Shown here piece after piece: positions 1 to 15,000 of a DNA stretch of 49,419 nucleotides. The number at the start of each line of letters is the position of its first letter. Position 1 is the first letter of the stretch. The notes beneath the pieces are model-generated. The model searched no databases, was not told the origin of the DNA, and saw only the letters and a list, made by a program, of their open reading frames with translations. Source of the stretch: Candidatus Helarchaeota archaeon (GTDB taxonomy: Archaea > Asgardarchaeota > Lokiarchaeia > Helarchaeales > RDOG01); the NCBI GenBank assembly GCA_029838215.1, contig JALGVI010000021.1:1-49419 (forward strand). The letters are read 5' to 3'. The translations under genes and the position numbers were made by a program.

Positions 1-1
1 G

Positions 2-3000
2 GTAACGATTGATATCATCACCGATCCGATCCTCTCTGGAAATGCCACGATACGTGCAAACATTACAAGCCCGAATGACATCAACAATGAATCCGTGGTA
101 TGCCAAGCGACAAGCGTTTCAAATATCTCACTTTCTATGGGTCGCGTATATACTCAATTCACCTCGATTCCACTTGAATATAATTCAACGTCAGGATTAT
201 ATGAAGGATACTTGGATACAATCGAATTCTGTCCAAGCACTGAAATTGAACTTTCCGTTTCTGCCAGTGATTCATTGATCTTTGGAAACTATAATGGACA
301 GGATATTTCTTATTCCAAGACCGAAAGAAAAATCGTATCCGTGAATAATAGTTTCTATGGCGAAGCAATTCTAACCGATGTCGATCAAGATGGAAATGTT
401 CTCGTTTCGGGCTTCTTCGGAGGCTATAATATAGCATCTGGCGTGAATATCACGTCTGCGTTCGACAACGTAAAAGTCAAATTCATGGCATCTTCTGCTG
501 ATACCTCCCTTTACATCCACGACATGTGGGATGATGACATTGACCTCCAAAACTATACCTACGATTTGGAATATTATGACATTCTTTTAATCATTCGTGG
601 ACACGGCGATTATTCACAAGTTGAATGGGATCAAAAAGCAGTAACGATTAAAGACGCATACAAAACTGAATTCAACATTTTTTCATCATTTACACTTGCA
701 AAAAACTTCACGTTAGAACATCAGCAATATTATATCTACGGATGCAACTATTCAGTTCGCACTTATTCTGACTTCGTAAATAAATTCCATGCTGATGTCC
801 CCGGTGGCCTAAGCCTGGCATTTACCGCTTCACGCTTGACAAGTAACTCATCATATGTTTCATGGGAGTATGACTCGGCACAGTTTGAAGGTAGCATACC
901 TCCTGCCCAAAACTTCTATGATTGTTTGGGATATAAGGACGGAAGCACGTTTTATTTACTCGATCCAAACGTGGACTATCAACTGGGATACGAAATTATT
1001 TCCGCACATGTATATTACTCCGAATTCTTCGGTTCTAACTATAATTCGACTCCATTAAATCGCCTCCTAAATTATTCCGATCTTTTGGACATGCCTCTCA
1101 ACCTGACGAATTATAATACTTCATCTTACGGAAGTTATGTCGAAACAACATTTCAAAACGCAAACATAACTAACACGAATGATGATGCCTTCACCAGCAC
1201 GATATCAACAAATGGTTCCTTAGTGTATAATACGATTCAGCATTGGCTTGCAAACAAAGATATCAACATTCTCGGACAAAATGATTACATTTCGTGGGCT
1301 AAATCTGAGATTAACCTCATAGAGATCAATTTCACTTCCCCGTTATTCGGGCTCACGGTGGTCGAACCAATTAGTGATGTGAGCGGGTCCTTCAACATAA
1401 CGGTTAATTTGACTGATAACATCAACATTGATACTGCAAAGATACTGAACATGACTTGCTATTTCATTGAGAAAAGCCTGTTTGAAACCAGCACGTCAAG
1501 TTTGGAATGGATCACGGCTGATATTCATTACACTCAGAGACTCACTTATTTTGGATCACAGCAATACAAGGAAATTAATACAGGAAGTCATAGATTTGAG
1601 AATGGAACCTATGTGATGATCGTAGTGGTTTCGGAAGTAATGCACAACGATGTTCCTAGGGCATTTCCACCCATTCTCGCATATACACTTCACGAATTGA
1701 ACATTTCGAATCCCGAAACAATCCATGCCGAATTCATCTCGCCTGTTGGTAATGATTTGACTGGAGTAGTCGATTTCTCTCTAAACGTGACTGGTCCATA
1801 TCCTATCACGCAAGTTGATTTATACTTTGAGGATTTCAGGAGAATGAACATCTTTGAAACTTTTTCCCTAGAATATAATGCAACGTCAACTTTATGGGAA
1901 GGATCTTGGCCATCGTATGGCTTTTCAAATCAGGACTTTACCTTGTACGTTGTAATATCCGATAATTCATCAACATCGGCTATTGTTAAACGAAGTTTTT
2001 CAATTTACAATACTGAATTCATGACAATACATCTTGTTCCCTTCGATCCCCAACACATGATCTCCATGTATAGATACGTTCTGATTGGAACGAATACACT
2101 TTTTTCATCATACATCATCAACGCTCGGGCAAGCGGTCCTGCACCCGTGGTTCAGGGATATTACGAAGTCTACGAATTCGACTATTACACGCAAGTGATA
2201 GGAAACCTTGTTTCAACAGGTAATCTATCAGATCCATTTTCAATTTGGTTTGGACAGTGGGACTCATCAACCGTGGAGAATGGAATGTACCTTTTAAAAG
2301 TCATGCTTGTCGACGCCTATAACGTTACAGCTTCTGCAGAAATTCCACTTCAAGTTGATAATGGTGGCAGTGGTTCTGGTAGTGGCGGTGGCAATCTGTA
2401 CATCACGGATGTCTCTGTCCAATTTGATTTTCTATACGAAGGTTCTATTATAGATGTGTCCTGCTCAATTGTCAACCCGAGTGATCAATCTCCAATTGAT
2501 CCTTCTGGCTTGTCCCAATATACTTATTCAGTCTTGGATTTAGATTTTAATAGCATTGGAATTTCCGGAAATCTTGACTATGACAGTAATACTACGATTT
2601 ATTTCAAGGACTCCATCGATGTTGCTTCACTCGATGCAGGCATATATTACGTCGAGTTCTATGCAGAAGATAACGAGGGTTATTCCGTGAATAATTACGA
2701 ATCTTTTGAAGTGGTAGCTCCACTCCCGTATGTTGTCTGGACAACGGTTCCATTTCAAAATGACACTACCGTCACGTCGGGTCAATTTAACACCTTGAAT
2801 AATTCTAATAGCTTTTGGGAACTTGATGCCTCTACTTCTGATGGACAATTGGTCTTTGAATTTCATTATAACGTGACCGGTTACGTGTCGAATGCATCAA
2901 AATTGGCTCTTCTCTTCTTTGAAGGTAATGACGATGGCGGTTATTGGAATGGCAATGATGGTTATTTCGATCATGCTTGTTTAGAAATTATGAATCAATC

Positions 3001-6000
3001 CGACTTGACATGGGTTACCGTAAAACAAGATTACGGAATTAGAGGCGATTCATTTGACGAATTAATCTCATCAATCAAAAATCTATCTCAGTTCATCGGT
3101 GGTGATGGAGAATTGTATCTTCGTTTCAATTTCAGTTATAATTCGGGTGAGATTGACTTATACATGACCGATCTTGACTTGCTTTTAGGAGAGATTCCGT
3201 TTTACGAGTTTGACGGTTATTCCGGAACAATTCAGGATACGATTTATAATGATGACGTTTCCATCAAGGATTCCGACATGACTTTTATCAACGTGACGTT
3301 TAATGGCAATGTTGGCGTTGATCTTTCCACCGTGAACTTGGCGGATTGCGTTTTCAATTATCCCGTTCACGTTGCTGGTTCCATTTATGCTGATAATTCG
3401 TCCGTTTCATTTGAGAATTGCAACTTCACTTGGAATTCGACGGGTAACACATTCTATCGACCAATTGAATCCGTCCGTACTGCCCCCATTTATGATGGAG
3501 CACTTTTCGTTGCAGGAAGTGCACAAGTTACGGTTTCTAACAGTTCATTTTACGATACAATTACCTGTTACGAATTCGCTGACGTATATCTCCAAAATTC
3601 TACTCTCTTGGATGGTGTGGTACTCGGTGACAATTCCACCCTAAACATCACATCCGATTCATACCTTACCGCTTGGTACTCTAATGTAATAGACATCGGC
3701 GTAGGATTTCAGACTTTTAGGTCTGATAAGGACGGAGAATATATTCCTCAATTTGAAATGCAAGATTCGATTTTGGATGCGGGAAACATCCACATCCAAG
3801 AATATGCAAGCGTTAAATTCACGAATACGAATAGCACGGCAAAAGCAGGATATTTAACAATGGATCCATTCTCTGATTTAACACTCGTCTATTCGAACTT
3901 ATCATCAATTACATTGCAAAGAAGCATTTGGGATGTATCCGGGAATCTTGATATAAATGGTTCAGCAGTAACGGGATCTTATGCTGATGGTTTAAACCTT
4001 GATGGAAATAGTAGTCTTAAAGAACCGTATTACATTAATTCTGTTTATTTTGGTTACGATTTGAGTAGCTCAAGTACACTTTCCATTTTTGGTAGTGCAA
4101 GTATCAACTTCATAAAAGCGGGGAGTGAAGCACGAGTTGAAATACGGGGATCTTTCGTATCCGAGATAAACGTTTATGAAAACGCTACCGTGGTCTTCAT
4201 AGAATCAACTTATAGTAATCCTCCTGAAATTTGTAGATATGAAAAACAATCCGGAGATGTTTGGAATGCGCTCATCTTCTCGATTGAGTCTGATAGCGGC
4301 GATGCCGATCACATTCAAGGCAACGTGAATACGACCGTTTTGGATGCAATTGTTGGAAATGAAAATCTTGATCAAATCGAACTATGGATTGAAGGTGAGC
4401 AAAAATACGCAAATTCCAGTCCTTCTCTTCCGTTTACTTGGATTTGGGATTCTCTCACGGTACAAAATGGCTCGCGAGATGTTAGCGTCATATTAAGAGA
4501 TGATGGCGTTCCAATAGTTTCGTGCACTCATGACGTTTCAATTTACGTGGATAATAATGTAAATTCCACGGAATTAACCATGGAAAACCCCGTATCTGGT
4601 TATCTGGAAGTTGAAGAAGGTCAGAATGCAACATATTGCGTTTATTATAACGATACAACTTCAATATTACCAATCTCGGGTGCATCCGTAACGACAAATT
4701 GGAACTGGAATCATGCCATTACTGATTTGTTAAATGGGTCCTATAAAGTGGATATCTTTGAAACTGATATTGCAGGTCCGGGTGAATATCCGATCCAAAT
4801 TCAGGCAAGTAAAGTAGGATTTGAAACTGCCACGGTTAACGTTACACTCAATATCACCGCAAAAACCGATAATAATACCGAACTCATTTCCACTGGTCCC
4901 ACTTCTGGATATTTAGAGACTGACATCGGAACTTATGGCAATTTTACGATTTATTATAACAATACCGATCTGGGTATAGGAATCGCAAATGCTAACATCA
5001 ATACGAACTGGACCAAGAATTGGAATTTCGTGGATGCTGGATCCGGTTATTACAACGTGAACTTTGAAGCGGCTGTGAACCCGGGAAATCATGCGATATT
5101 GGTTAATGCAAGCAAGAAGGGTGAAGCCAATGCCACGCTTCTCTTAGTTCTAAATGTAACGGGTCAAATGACCATGAATATTTCACATTACGAAATCGAC
5201 GGTCTTTATCCACGCGTGCCCGCTATTTTATACGAAAATGCGACTTTCCAAGTTTGTATTAAAAATAAGATTACTGGAGATGCCGTTCAGAATGCCAATA
5301 TTTCCCTGCTGAATTATCAAGGAAGTTGGGAAAGTGACACGAACGGTAATTATAACATCACCATCTATGGAGATGCCTTTACCGAATACGGCGTGTATTT
5401 CGTAAACTATACCGTGTCTGCACCTGGATATAAAAACGAAACGGAAGCATACGGCATTGCAATGCAAATAAACATGACAAGCGGATATACATCATCGCCA
5501 CCCACGTTGGATGGAAGCGGTGATTTTCCATCCTCATTTATCGCGGGCTCCCAAGAATGGAAAGATGCCGTTCTGTTTAATTATTCCTATTTCACGGAAG
5601 ATGTTTCGAATATTGAAATTAACTATACTTTTAAAATACTCATTATGAACGATGAAAACAATCTTTACATAGGATATGAAATTGATGATAACGGTGGTTG
5701 GGATGGTTCTAATTGGACCGAAGCCGATGGAATCGCACCTTGTGCAGAATATATTAATGGAAGCTATTCCTACCATGATCTCGATATACATGCTGTATAT
5801 GATTTTGACATTTATGATTGGTTTATAAATTCCTCCATCAGCCAAGATCCATTAAATGATACCGATCATGCCGGAACAAACGACACGTTGGCTGCTACCG
5901 ATTGGTTCTCTTTAACAAATCATGCAGAAATACAGGTTCCTCTTTCATCGGGTGACTTGAAGGATTGGGACCTCATTTTTGGAGAACCCGAGCTATTCGG

Positions 6001-9000
6001 CTTTTATGTTTTCATATACGAAGTCTGCAGCGTGATTAATCCCGAAATGCTTCACTTTGATGGATACCTAACATTAGGAGAGAAAAATAAGACAGAACTC
6101 ACGTGTATGGTTCCCCCCATCGCCTATAATGAAATTGCAAGTGGAGAAAATGCCACCTTCATCGTGTATTACAATGATACCGATAATAACTTGCCAATTT
6201 TAGGTGCTATTGTTGAATCAAATTGGTCCTACGATGTCTGGTATGATGACTACGGGAATGGAAGTTACTCGGTTAATATATTCAATACAAGTAATGTGAC
6301 ACCAGGCTCATATCTAATAGAAATAATTGCAAGCAAAGCAGGATACAAAAATGGTACCTGTTATTTGGTTTTAAACGTGTCCGACTTTAACAATACGGAA
6401 CTATATTGCGATTATCCATCAGGAGCATATCTTGAAGTAACTGCAGGTAACATCGCGACATATACTCTCTATTATAACGACACCGACAAGAACGAGGGTA
6501 TCAATAATGCAACACTTGATTCAAATTGGACTTATGGAAATTTCACGTTGGATTTGGGCGGCGGATACGTGAATTTCTCGACTTGGAATACAGATATTCC
6601 GGGACCGGGAATCTATATTATAGAAATAAATGCCAGCAAGTTTGGATATAAGACGGCAACATGTTACGTCACGTTAAATGTGACCAGTCCACCCGACTCG
6701 ATATCTCCAAATTGGAGCAATCCAATTGTAACGCCCGCGTCTCCACAAATATTTGTCGAAGGATTGAATATCATATTTAATATCACGTGGAATGATAATG
6801 TCGGAGTTCAAACGGTCTATTTCGAGCTTAATGGGACTAACAATACTGTAACGACATTTACAGGCAACGAGTATAGCTTTAATCTGACCGACATTTCTGC
6901 AGGATTTTATGAATATCGTTGGTGGGCTAGTGATTTTGCGGAAAACTGGAATGTCACAGACTTGGCAAATTATACAATTGACAAGAATGCCTCTATTCTC
7001 GTGTTACTTCTTAATGGAACCGACGGAGACGTTGTGGCCAATTATAGTTCGATCGTGAATATTACTGCTGAAGTTTTATTCAATCAGAAGCCATCTGAAC
7101 CCGTAAATGTCTCCATATTCATCAATGATACTTTGATGTATTTGATAAATACATCTGAAAGTGTATTTCACGTATTTAACTCGGTTGGGGTATATAACAT
7201 AACCGTATTTTTCAACGGAAACGAGAATTATACCGCATCCAGCACTACTCATTTCGTTCAAATCGTGGATGAAATTCCACCCGATATTCCAACACCTCCT
7301 GCAGACATCGAATATAATTACGGTGATGCAGGCCCGATATACATTAGTTGGACATTTTATGATTATAACGATACAAATGCCGTCTATAACATCACGCGAA
7401 ATGACACGGGACTCGTTAATCAGACTGGGTCATTCCTGAATGGCACGCCAATTCAAATCGACGTGTCCGGGCTTGAAAGTGGCATATACTTCTATACCAT
7501 TGGCATTAACGATACGTACGGAAACAGCGTTAACGATACCGTCAAGGTAACGGTAAAGGATCAAACCGATCCCGTTTTGGATTACACTCCACTTGACATC
7601 TCGTATCAACAAGGGGCAGGTTCCGGCAAGCACATCAACTGGTCAGCATGGGATCAATCAGGTAGCGGTTGGTATAACATTACGAAAGATGGTTTACTAG
7701 TGCAAAATGGCAGCTGGACGAACAATGTTAATGTTACAATAGACGTGAGTGGCTTATCTCAGGGTGTGTATAACTATCTCATCACGTTCTATGATGCATT
7801 TTGGAATGATATTAGCGATTTAGTCGTTGTTACGGTTACTGCACCAGGTGGTCCTCCAACAATTGATAATCCCTCTGACATCCAATATGAAATGGGCGAT
7901 ACGGGTAATGTCATCACGTGGGACGTTAGTGATTCCGACCTCGATGTCCTATATATTTATCGAAACGGAACTCTGATTCAAACTCGAATCTGGGGCACTA
8001 ATTGGAGTACTTCAACCGTGCAAATCAATATTGACGGGTTATCCGTGGACGTTTATAATTATACCATCCACGTGATTGATCAAGTATCAAACGAAGCAAC
8101 GGATTTGGTATATGTAACGGTTGTTGACACGACTGATCCGTATATTGATGTTCTTTATAATGGCATGCAGGTATCATACAATGAAGGTGATACGGGGAAC
8201 ACGCTCACGTGGAATGTCACGGATATCAATCCAGGTCACTATAACATAACACGGGACGGTTTGGAAATTATGAATGGCATCTGGAACAATGGAACCAATA
8301 TAACGATCAACATCGATGGATTAAATGCCAGCGAAACGTCATATTATTACGTGATATACGTGTACGATTCGTTTGATAATCTTCGGACCGATGATGTCTA
8401 TGTCAAGGTAAATGACACCACGAATCCTGCTTTTATATCATGGCCAAGTGATAAAACGATTGAATTTGGCTCATCAGGAAATTCTCTAAGTTGGAATGCC
8501 ACTGATGCCCATCCCAATGTATATACAATCACGTTAAACGGCTCGCCCATCGTCATCAATCAAACATGGAGCGATTATATCTTCCTTGATTTGGATGCAT
8601 TAGGACTAAATATCAGCCTTTACTTGTTCCAAATCGTCATTTATGATATTGATTTCAATTACAACATGAGCCAAGTCTATGTTAATGTAACTGATACCAT
8701 CGAACCCACAATAAATAATCCTGCAGATATATCATATCAAGTTGGATCAACTGGAAACACGATCACGTGGTCTCCAAGCGATTTAGCTCCCAGTACTTAT
8801 GTGGTTTACAATCAATCTACGATTTACACATCGGGAATTTGGGATGGTATTTCAAACATAATCGTTGATGTTGATGGATTAAGTGCGGGATCTTATAATT
8901 TCACGATTTATTGTAATGATACATCTGGAAATTTTGTAACCGATGAAGTTAATGTCACGGTTACCAGCACGGCACCACCTCAAATCAGTCATCCTTCTGA

Positions 9001-12000
9001 CTTCAGTGCCGAGCAATTCTCCGGAACGAGAACAATCACGTGGGTTCCCTCTGATAATGATCCTGACGTTTATAACATCACTAAAAACGGTTCATTGGTG
9101 ACTGGTCATATCGATCAGACTTGGAGCGATCTTGAAGATATTAATCTGACCGTCAGCACGAATGTTGTCGGCGTTTGGCTCTTTGTCATCACGTTGAAAG
9201 ATCAACAGGGTAATGTCATCGAAGATGAAGTGTATGTTACAATCTACACGGCAGATAACGATCCTCCAACGATTATCTCTTCTCCCAGCATTTCGGGCTA
9301 TGAGTTTGGGACTTCGGGCCATTATTTACGGTGGAACGTATCTGATGTAAATCCCGATACTTACGAATTATACCGCAACGGATTCAAGGTTTCCGAAGGA
9401 ACGTGGCAAAATTACGAATACATCAGCCGAAATATTGATGGATTACCGATCGGAACGTACAATTATACCTTGTGGGTCTATGATGATTTCAGCCAGTTCA
9501 CGACCGATGATGTAATCATTGATGTCCATGATTCCCAACCTCCGCAGCTCATTAATCCACCAACGGATAAATTCATCGAGCTTGGAACCACGGGAAACGA
9601 GATCACGTGGAATGCCACTGACTCATCGCCCTTTAAGGCTGAAATCCGAAGAGATGGCATATTAATCGATGTCATCAACCCGTGGGCTGGTGGAATTGTC
9701 ACCATTAACATTGATGGTTTATCACTCGGTGTTTATACCTACAAGATCACGTTTTATGATACATCACTGCATGTAACAAATGACACGGTCCAAGTAACCG
9801 TTCAAGATTCCATTAATCCATTGATTATTGATAAATCCTCTAATTTACAATATGAAATTGGAACAACGGGTCATTCCATTTATTGGACTGCAACGGATTG
9901 CAATCCCAATATCTATGATATCAAGAATGGTTCAGGTATCACGATTGCTACGGGAGCATGGACAAGCGGAACACCCATTTACTTGAATCTCGATTCATTG
10001 GGTCTGGGTCAGGGTGTCCATTCATTCACGTGCTGGGTCTATGATGGAAGTGGTAACTCCAATTCATCCGAGATTTTAGTAACTGTTGAAGATAACACCG
10101 CTCCTGATTTGAATAATCCTGATGATATTGCCTATTTACTCGGTTCTACTGGACATGCTATTTCATGGATAGCTACGGATCATTTGCCAAACTCATATGC
10201 GGTCTTTAAAGATGGTAGCTTGTACGGAACTTATCAAGGTGCATGGACGAGTGGAACTCCCATCGAAGTAAACGTGGATGGCCTTGCAGTAGGTACTTAT
10301 AACTTCACCATCATCGTGAATGATACAAAGGGAAATACCGTTACTGATACTGTTTTTGTCCAAGTAACAAGTAGTAATCCTCCCGCGGTATCGCATCCTG
10401 AGGACTTTTCCTATAGGGTTGGTGACCCATCTTCGTATGTTCTTTCATGGACTCCTGACGATTCTGACCCCGATTTTTATAGTGTTTATAAAAATGGTTC
10501 TCTGATTGATTCTGGATTTTGGTCTAAACTTGTTCCCATCAACATTGATGTTAGCGGCTTGCCCGAAGGCGTGCATAATTATACCATTGAATTGAACGAT
10601 ACTGCAGGCAATGTCATTACGGACATGGTATTGGTAACGGTCTACGAAAGCACGCCACCAGTAATCGCGGGACCTGATGATTTGATTTATGACCTTGGCT
10701 CTACTGGAAACGAATTATCTTGGGGCATTTCTGATTCCAATCCGGGAACCTATAAGATATTCCTCGAAGGCTCACTTATCAAATCAGGGTCGTGGACCAA
10801 CAGTGTAAACGTGACCATTAACGTGGATGGTTTGAGTGTTGGCACGTACACTTATGAATTAATTGCACTCGATAGTCATGATAATAACGACACGGATCTC
10901 GTGAACGTTACGGTTCAAGATAATTCTAATCCTTCAATTTATACTGAAACACCGACTTTATCCTATCTGGTCCAAACAACTGGACATTCAATCACGTGGC
11001 ATGCCGATGATGACTCAAAAGACTATTATAATATCTTGCGAGACGGCACGGTCATTGAAAGTGATTTCTGGACCACAACAGTGCTGGTGGTAAATATTGA
11101 TGGATTGAGCGTTGGTGTTTATAATTTCACGGCAATTGTCTATGATTCTGAAAGCAATTCAAATGCAAGTGAATGCATCGTAACCGTCTATGAAAATACA
11201 CCACCAACAATCAATCAACCAAGTTCGATCACCTACGAAGAGAATCACGGCGGCTCACAGATCATGACGTGGACTGCAAGTGATGACAATCCGTATCTCT
11301 ACCAAATCATTAACGTTTCCGATGGCTCCGTGCTTGAAACAAATGCGTGGAATTCCAGCACGATAACTTATGATGTGAGTAATCTTGCTGCGGGTAGCCA
11401 TTCATTCAAGTGCAAGGTCATTGACCTGTTCTTAAATAACGCGAGCTCTGTGGTATTGGTCACAGTAACTCCAATGAACGGACCGGAGCTAAATCATCCC
11501 GTGGACATGAACTACTTACAAGGTCAAGCAGGGGTATACATCAATTGGACTCCTACGGATGCCACGCCAAATCCCGACACGTATATCATTTATAATGAGT
11601 CCGTTGTTGTTAATAGTGGAGCATGGTCAAGCGGCGTTTCAATAATCATTGATGTCAGCGGTCTGACCGTAAATAGTTATAACTTCACGATTATGGTAAA
11701 TGATACTGATGGAAATGTTGCCACGGATACTGTGTGGGTGGTTGTTACGACCGGGACTCCACCAGACTTCCTAGTGCGACCTGCAGACATCCAATATGTT
11801 GAAGGTTCAACCGGAAACTATATCAATTGGGTGCCAAATTCTACTCCTGCATCATGTGAAAATTACACGATTTATCGTGATGGAACCATTGTATATCAGG
11901 GTGTTTGGTCAAATAATGCCACGATCTCTCGCAATATTGATGGTCTATCTTATGGAACGTATCATTACGTGCTGAGAGTTTACAACATATATGGATATGC

Positions 12001-15000
12001 TGAAGACGAAGTACTTGTCAATGTAACCGACCAAATTGCACCCACGATTTCTCCCTTACCTGATGTTTCGTACAATGAAGGTGAAACGGGAAATGTTCTC
12101 ACCTGGACGGTTTCGGATGCCAATCCCAATATCTACGAAGTTTCAGTTGACTACGGAAGCGGTTACGTTTTAGAAAATGCCGGCTCATGGACAAATAACG
12201 TGTCTGTAAATATTGATGGTTTCACTTATGGAATTTATTATATCCGTGTTGTCGTTTATGATCAAGCAGGAAATAATGCAACGGATGTAGTAAAACTAAC
12301 AGTAAACGATGTTGTTGCACCCAATTTCCTATCTCCTCTCCCCGAAAGCTACATCTCTTCATATAGCGAAGGAACTAGCACTCTTTGGGCAGTATGGAAT
12401 GCTGAAGAAACCAATCCTGCCACTTATCAAATAATGCAAAATGGCACGCTACTCATTGATTCCCCGTGGAGTGGCACGTCCATTCTTTACAACGTGGGAG
12501 GATTGTCTGTGGGTGTGTATACCTTCACGTGCGTCATTAATGATCAGGCAGGAAATAATGCCACGAATTCATTCACGCTTGAAGTGTTCGACAATGATGG
12601 TCCGTCAATAACCACTCCTGAAGACATTGTTTACGGTGAAGATTCAATTTTTGGAGAAAATGGCGTTACCATTGCCTGGACTTGCTGGGATACGAATCCC
12701 GATCAATACGTGATCTATCGAACCAGTTCTTCTCCCGTGATCAATAAAACGGGAACATGGACTTCCGGAACGCCGATCGTCCTTCATACGGGTAATCTTC
12801 CCGTGGGAAATCATAATTTCACGATCGTGGCGAATGATACTTCCGGAAATCTTGTTATGGATCAAGTATGGGTGAATGTTACGGCAGTTCCTGCTCCTAT
12901 AATAATAGGTCCTGCGGACATTACGATGTTTCAAGGCGAAACTGGCCATTCAATCGTCTGGACCTTCTCAAGTGCTTTATATCCATCTCAATATAACATC
13001 ACACGAAATACGATTTTAATTCAAAGTGGAACTTGGGGTGGTAATAGTATCTCCTACTCAATTCCAAGTCTGGGTGTCGGAACTCATGAATTCATTCTCG
13101 GAGTTAATAACACCCATGATGGTTCTGATAGTGATACTGTTATCGTAGAAGTCCTTCCATTAACCGCAATTCCACCTGGTTTTAATGGAACCATTCCCGA
13201 ATCGGGTTTCTATCAATATGATGAAGGAACCACGGGGCACTTTATCGTATGGATCCCGAATGTCACGATTGACAAGTTAAGCGATGATTGTTTATACACG
13301 ATAACTTTGGATGACGTTGTTATTGCAACAGGAAATTATAACGACTCATCTCGCGTGTTAAACATCAGCTTGAACATTGATGGTCTTGCTGCAGGGACAT
13401 ATTCCTTTATTTGTCGCATTAATAACACCGATGGATATTCTGCAGAAAGAATGATCACCGTTCGCGTGGTAGATATCATGCCGCCTACCGTGAGTGTCGA
13501 TCAATCACTCATTCAATATTCATACGGTTCAACACCACCAGTGTTGATTTGGCATCCTTCTGATTTGCATCCCGATCATTACGAGATCACAAAGAATGGT
13601 ACCTGGATAGCGGGTGAATCGTGGAGTGGAGGCGATGTGTCTTATAACATCAGTACTCTCGGTTACCCCTTGCCTGTTGGTGTTCACGTCTTCACGTTAA
13701 AGGCATATGATATAGATAATAATCTTGGAGAAGCAACGATTACCGTTCGAGTAGTTGATTCGCAGGCGCCAATTTTTGGACCGGTATCCTTCCCAACGGA
13801 AATCATTGAAGGAACGAGTGCTTTCATTGAAGTTGAGGTTACGGATACAAACCTTGATTATGTCAAGATAATTTATTCCTATTCTCTTTCAAATGGAACT
13901 AACATTGTCGTGAATCAGGTTTTATACTTGAATCCCAATCCGTATCCTACATTCCAAGCAATTCTCATAACTGATGTCTATGATCAAAACGCAAACATAT
14001 CATTCATGCTCACTGCTGCCGATACTCATGGAAATGTTAGAAATAGCACGCCGATTGGATACCCGTATTACATGATTAACGTTCTTCAAACTCCCGACAT
14101 AGTTCCTCCTCAAATCATTCCCAACCTTCCTGAAGTCGTGAATCATACCGTTGACATTAATATTTCAGCAACTGTTATTGATGATCGAGGCATCGACATG
14201 GTTTGGCTTGATGTCTGGATCTACAATGCCACTTCTTACACGGTAACGCAGTATCAATGGTTGATGGTTGACCAAGGAGGCAACCTATATCGATACACGA
14301 TTCCTGAAGCGTTTTTCGAAGCTAACTTTGTAATATACTATGATATCCTTGCAAATGACACATCGGGTAACTTTAATTCTCGTACCTGTGATCCGATTTA
14401 CCTCTTTGCGGGAACTCCACCCGTGATTCATGATCCCTCTGATGTGAAGGGCGGAAATTCCATCGAAATTACGGTCCGTGTAGAGAATGCCGATAATGTT
14501 TACTTACATTATCAAAAGGATGGTGGAAGCTGGACATCCATGGAGATCTTTGGGACGGGTGAATATTATACGGGAACCATAACAAGCACCACATACGGAA
14601 ATTATTACATTCGTGCCATAAACGCCGATGGAACATCGATTTCACAAACTTATTATTACTTCATAGGTGAATATTACAGCTTGAATTTGACCGTTCCAAT
14701 CGATAAAATCGTTGGACAGAACTTCGTGGTGTCTTTGAGCATCAACAATACCAGTCCATTCATGTATGATGCCATCGTAACATTGCAAGTTCCATCAGGA
14801 CTCAGCCTTTATGAAGGACGAATTACCGAACATTCAATGATTCTTAGTGGAATGGTTGGAATTTTCGATTGGAAACTTGTCGGTATTACACCAAGTGTCT
14901 ATCCCATTGTCGTGGAGATCAACTCAACAGCATTCAGCACCACGACCATCGCGGATGTTATCAGAATATTCGAAGATAATTCACCTCCACAAATTGGGGA

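Noticed and set aside
7268-13756. Regularly spaced recurring short motifs (e.g. ATCACGTGG, ATTGATGG) as a possible CRISPR or DNA repeat array
   Set aside because: The spacing of about 280 nt and the short, imperfect matches come from conserved ITW and IDG codons in protein repeats; there is no 25-45 nt direct repeat.
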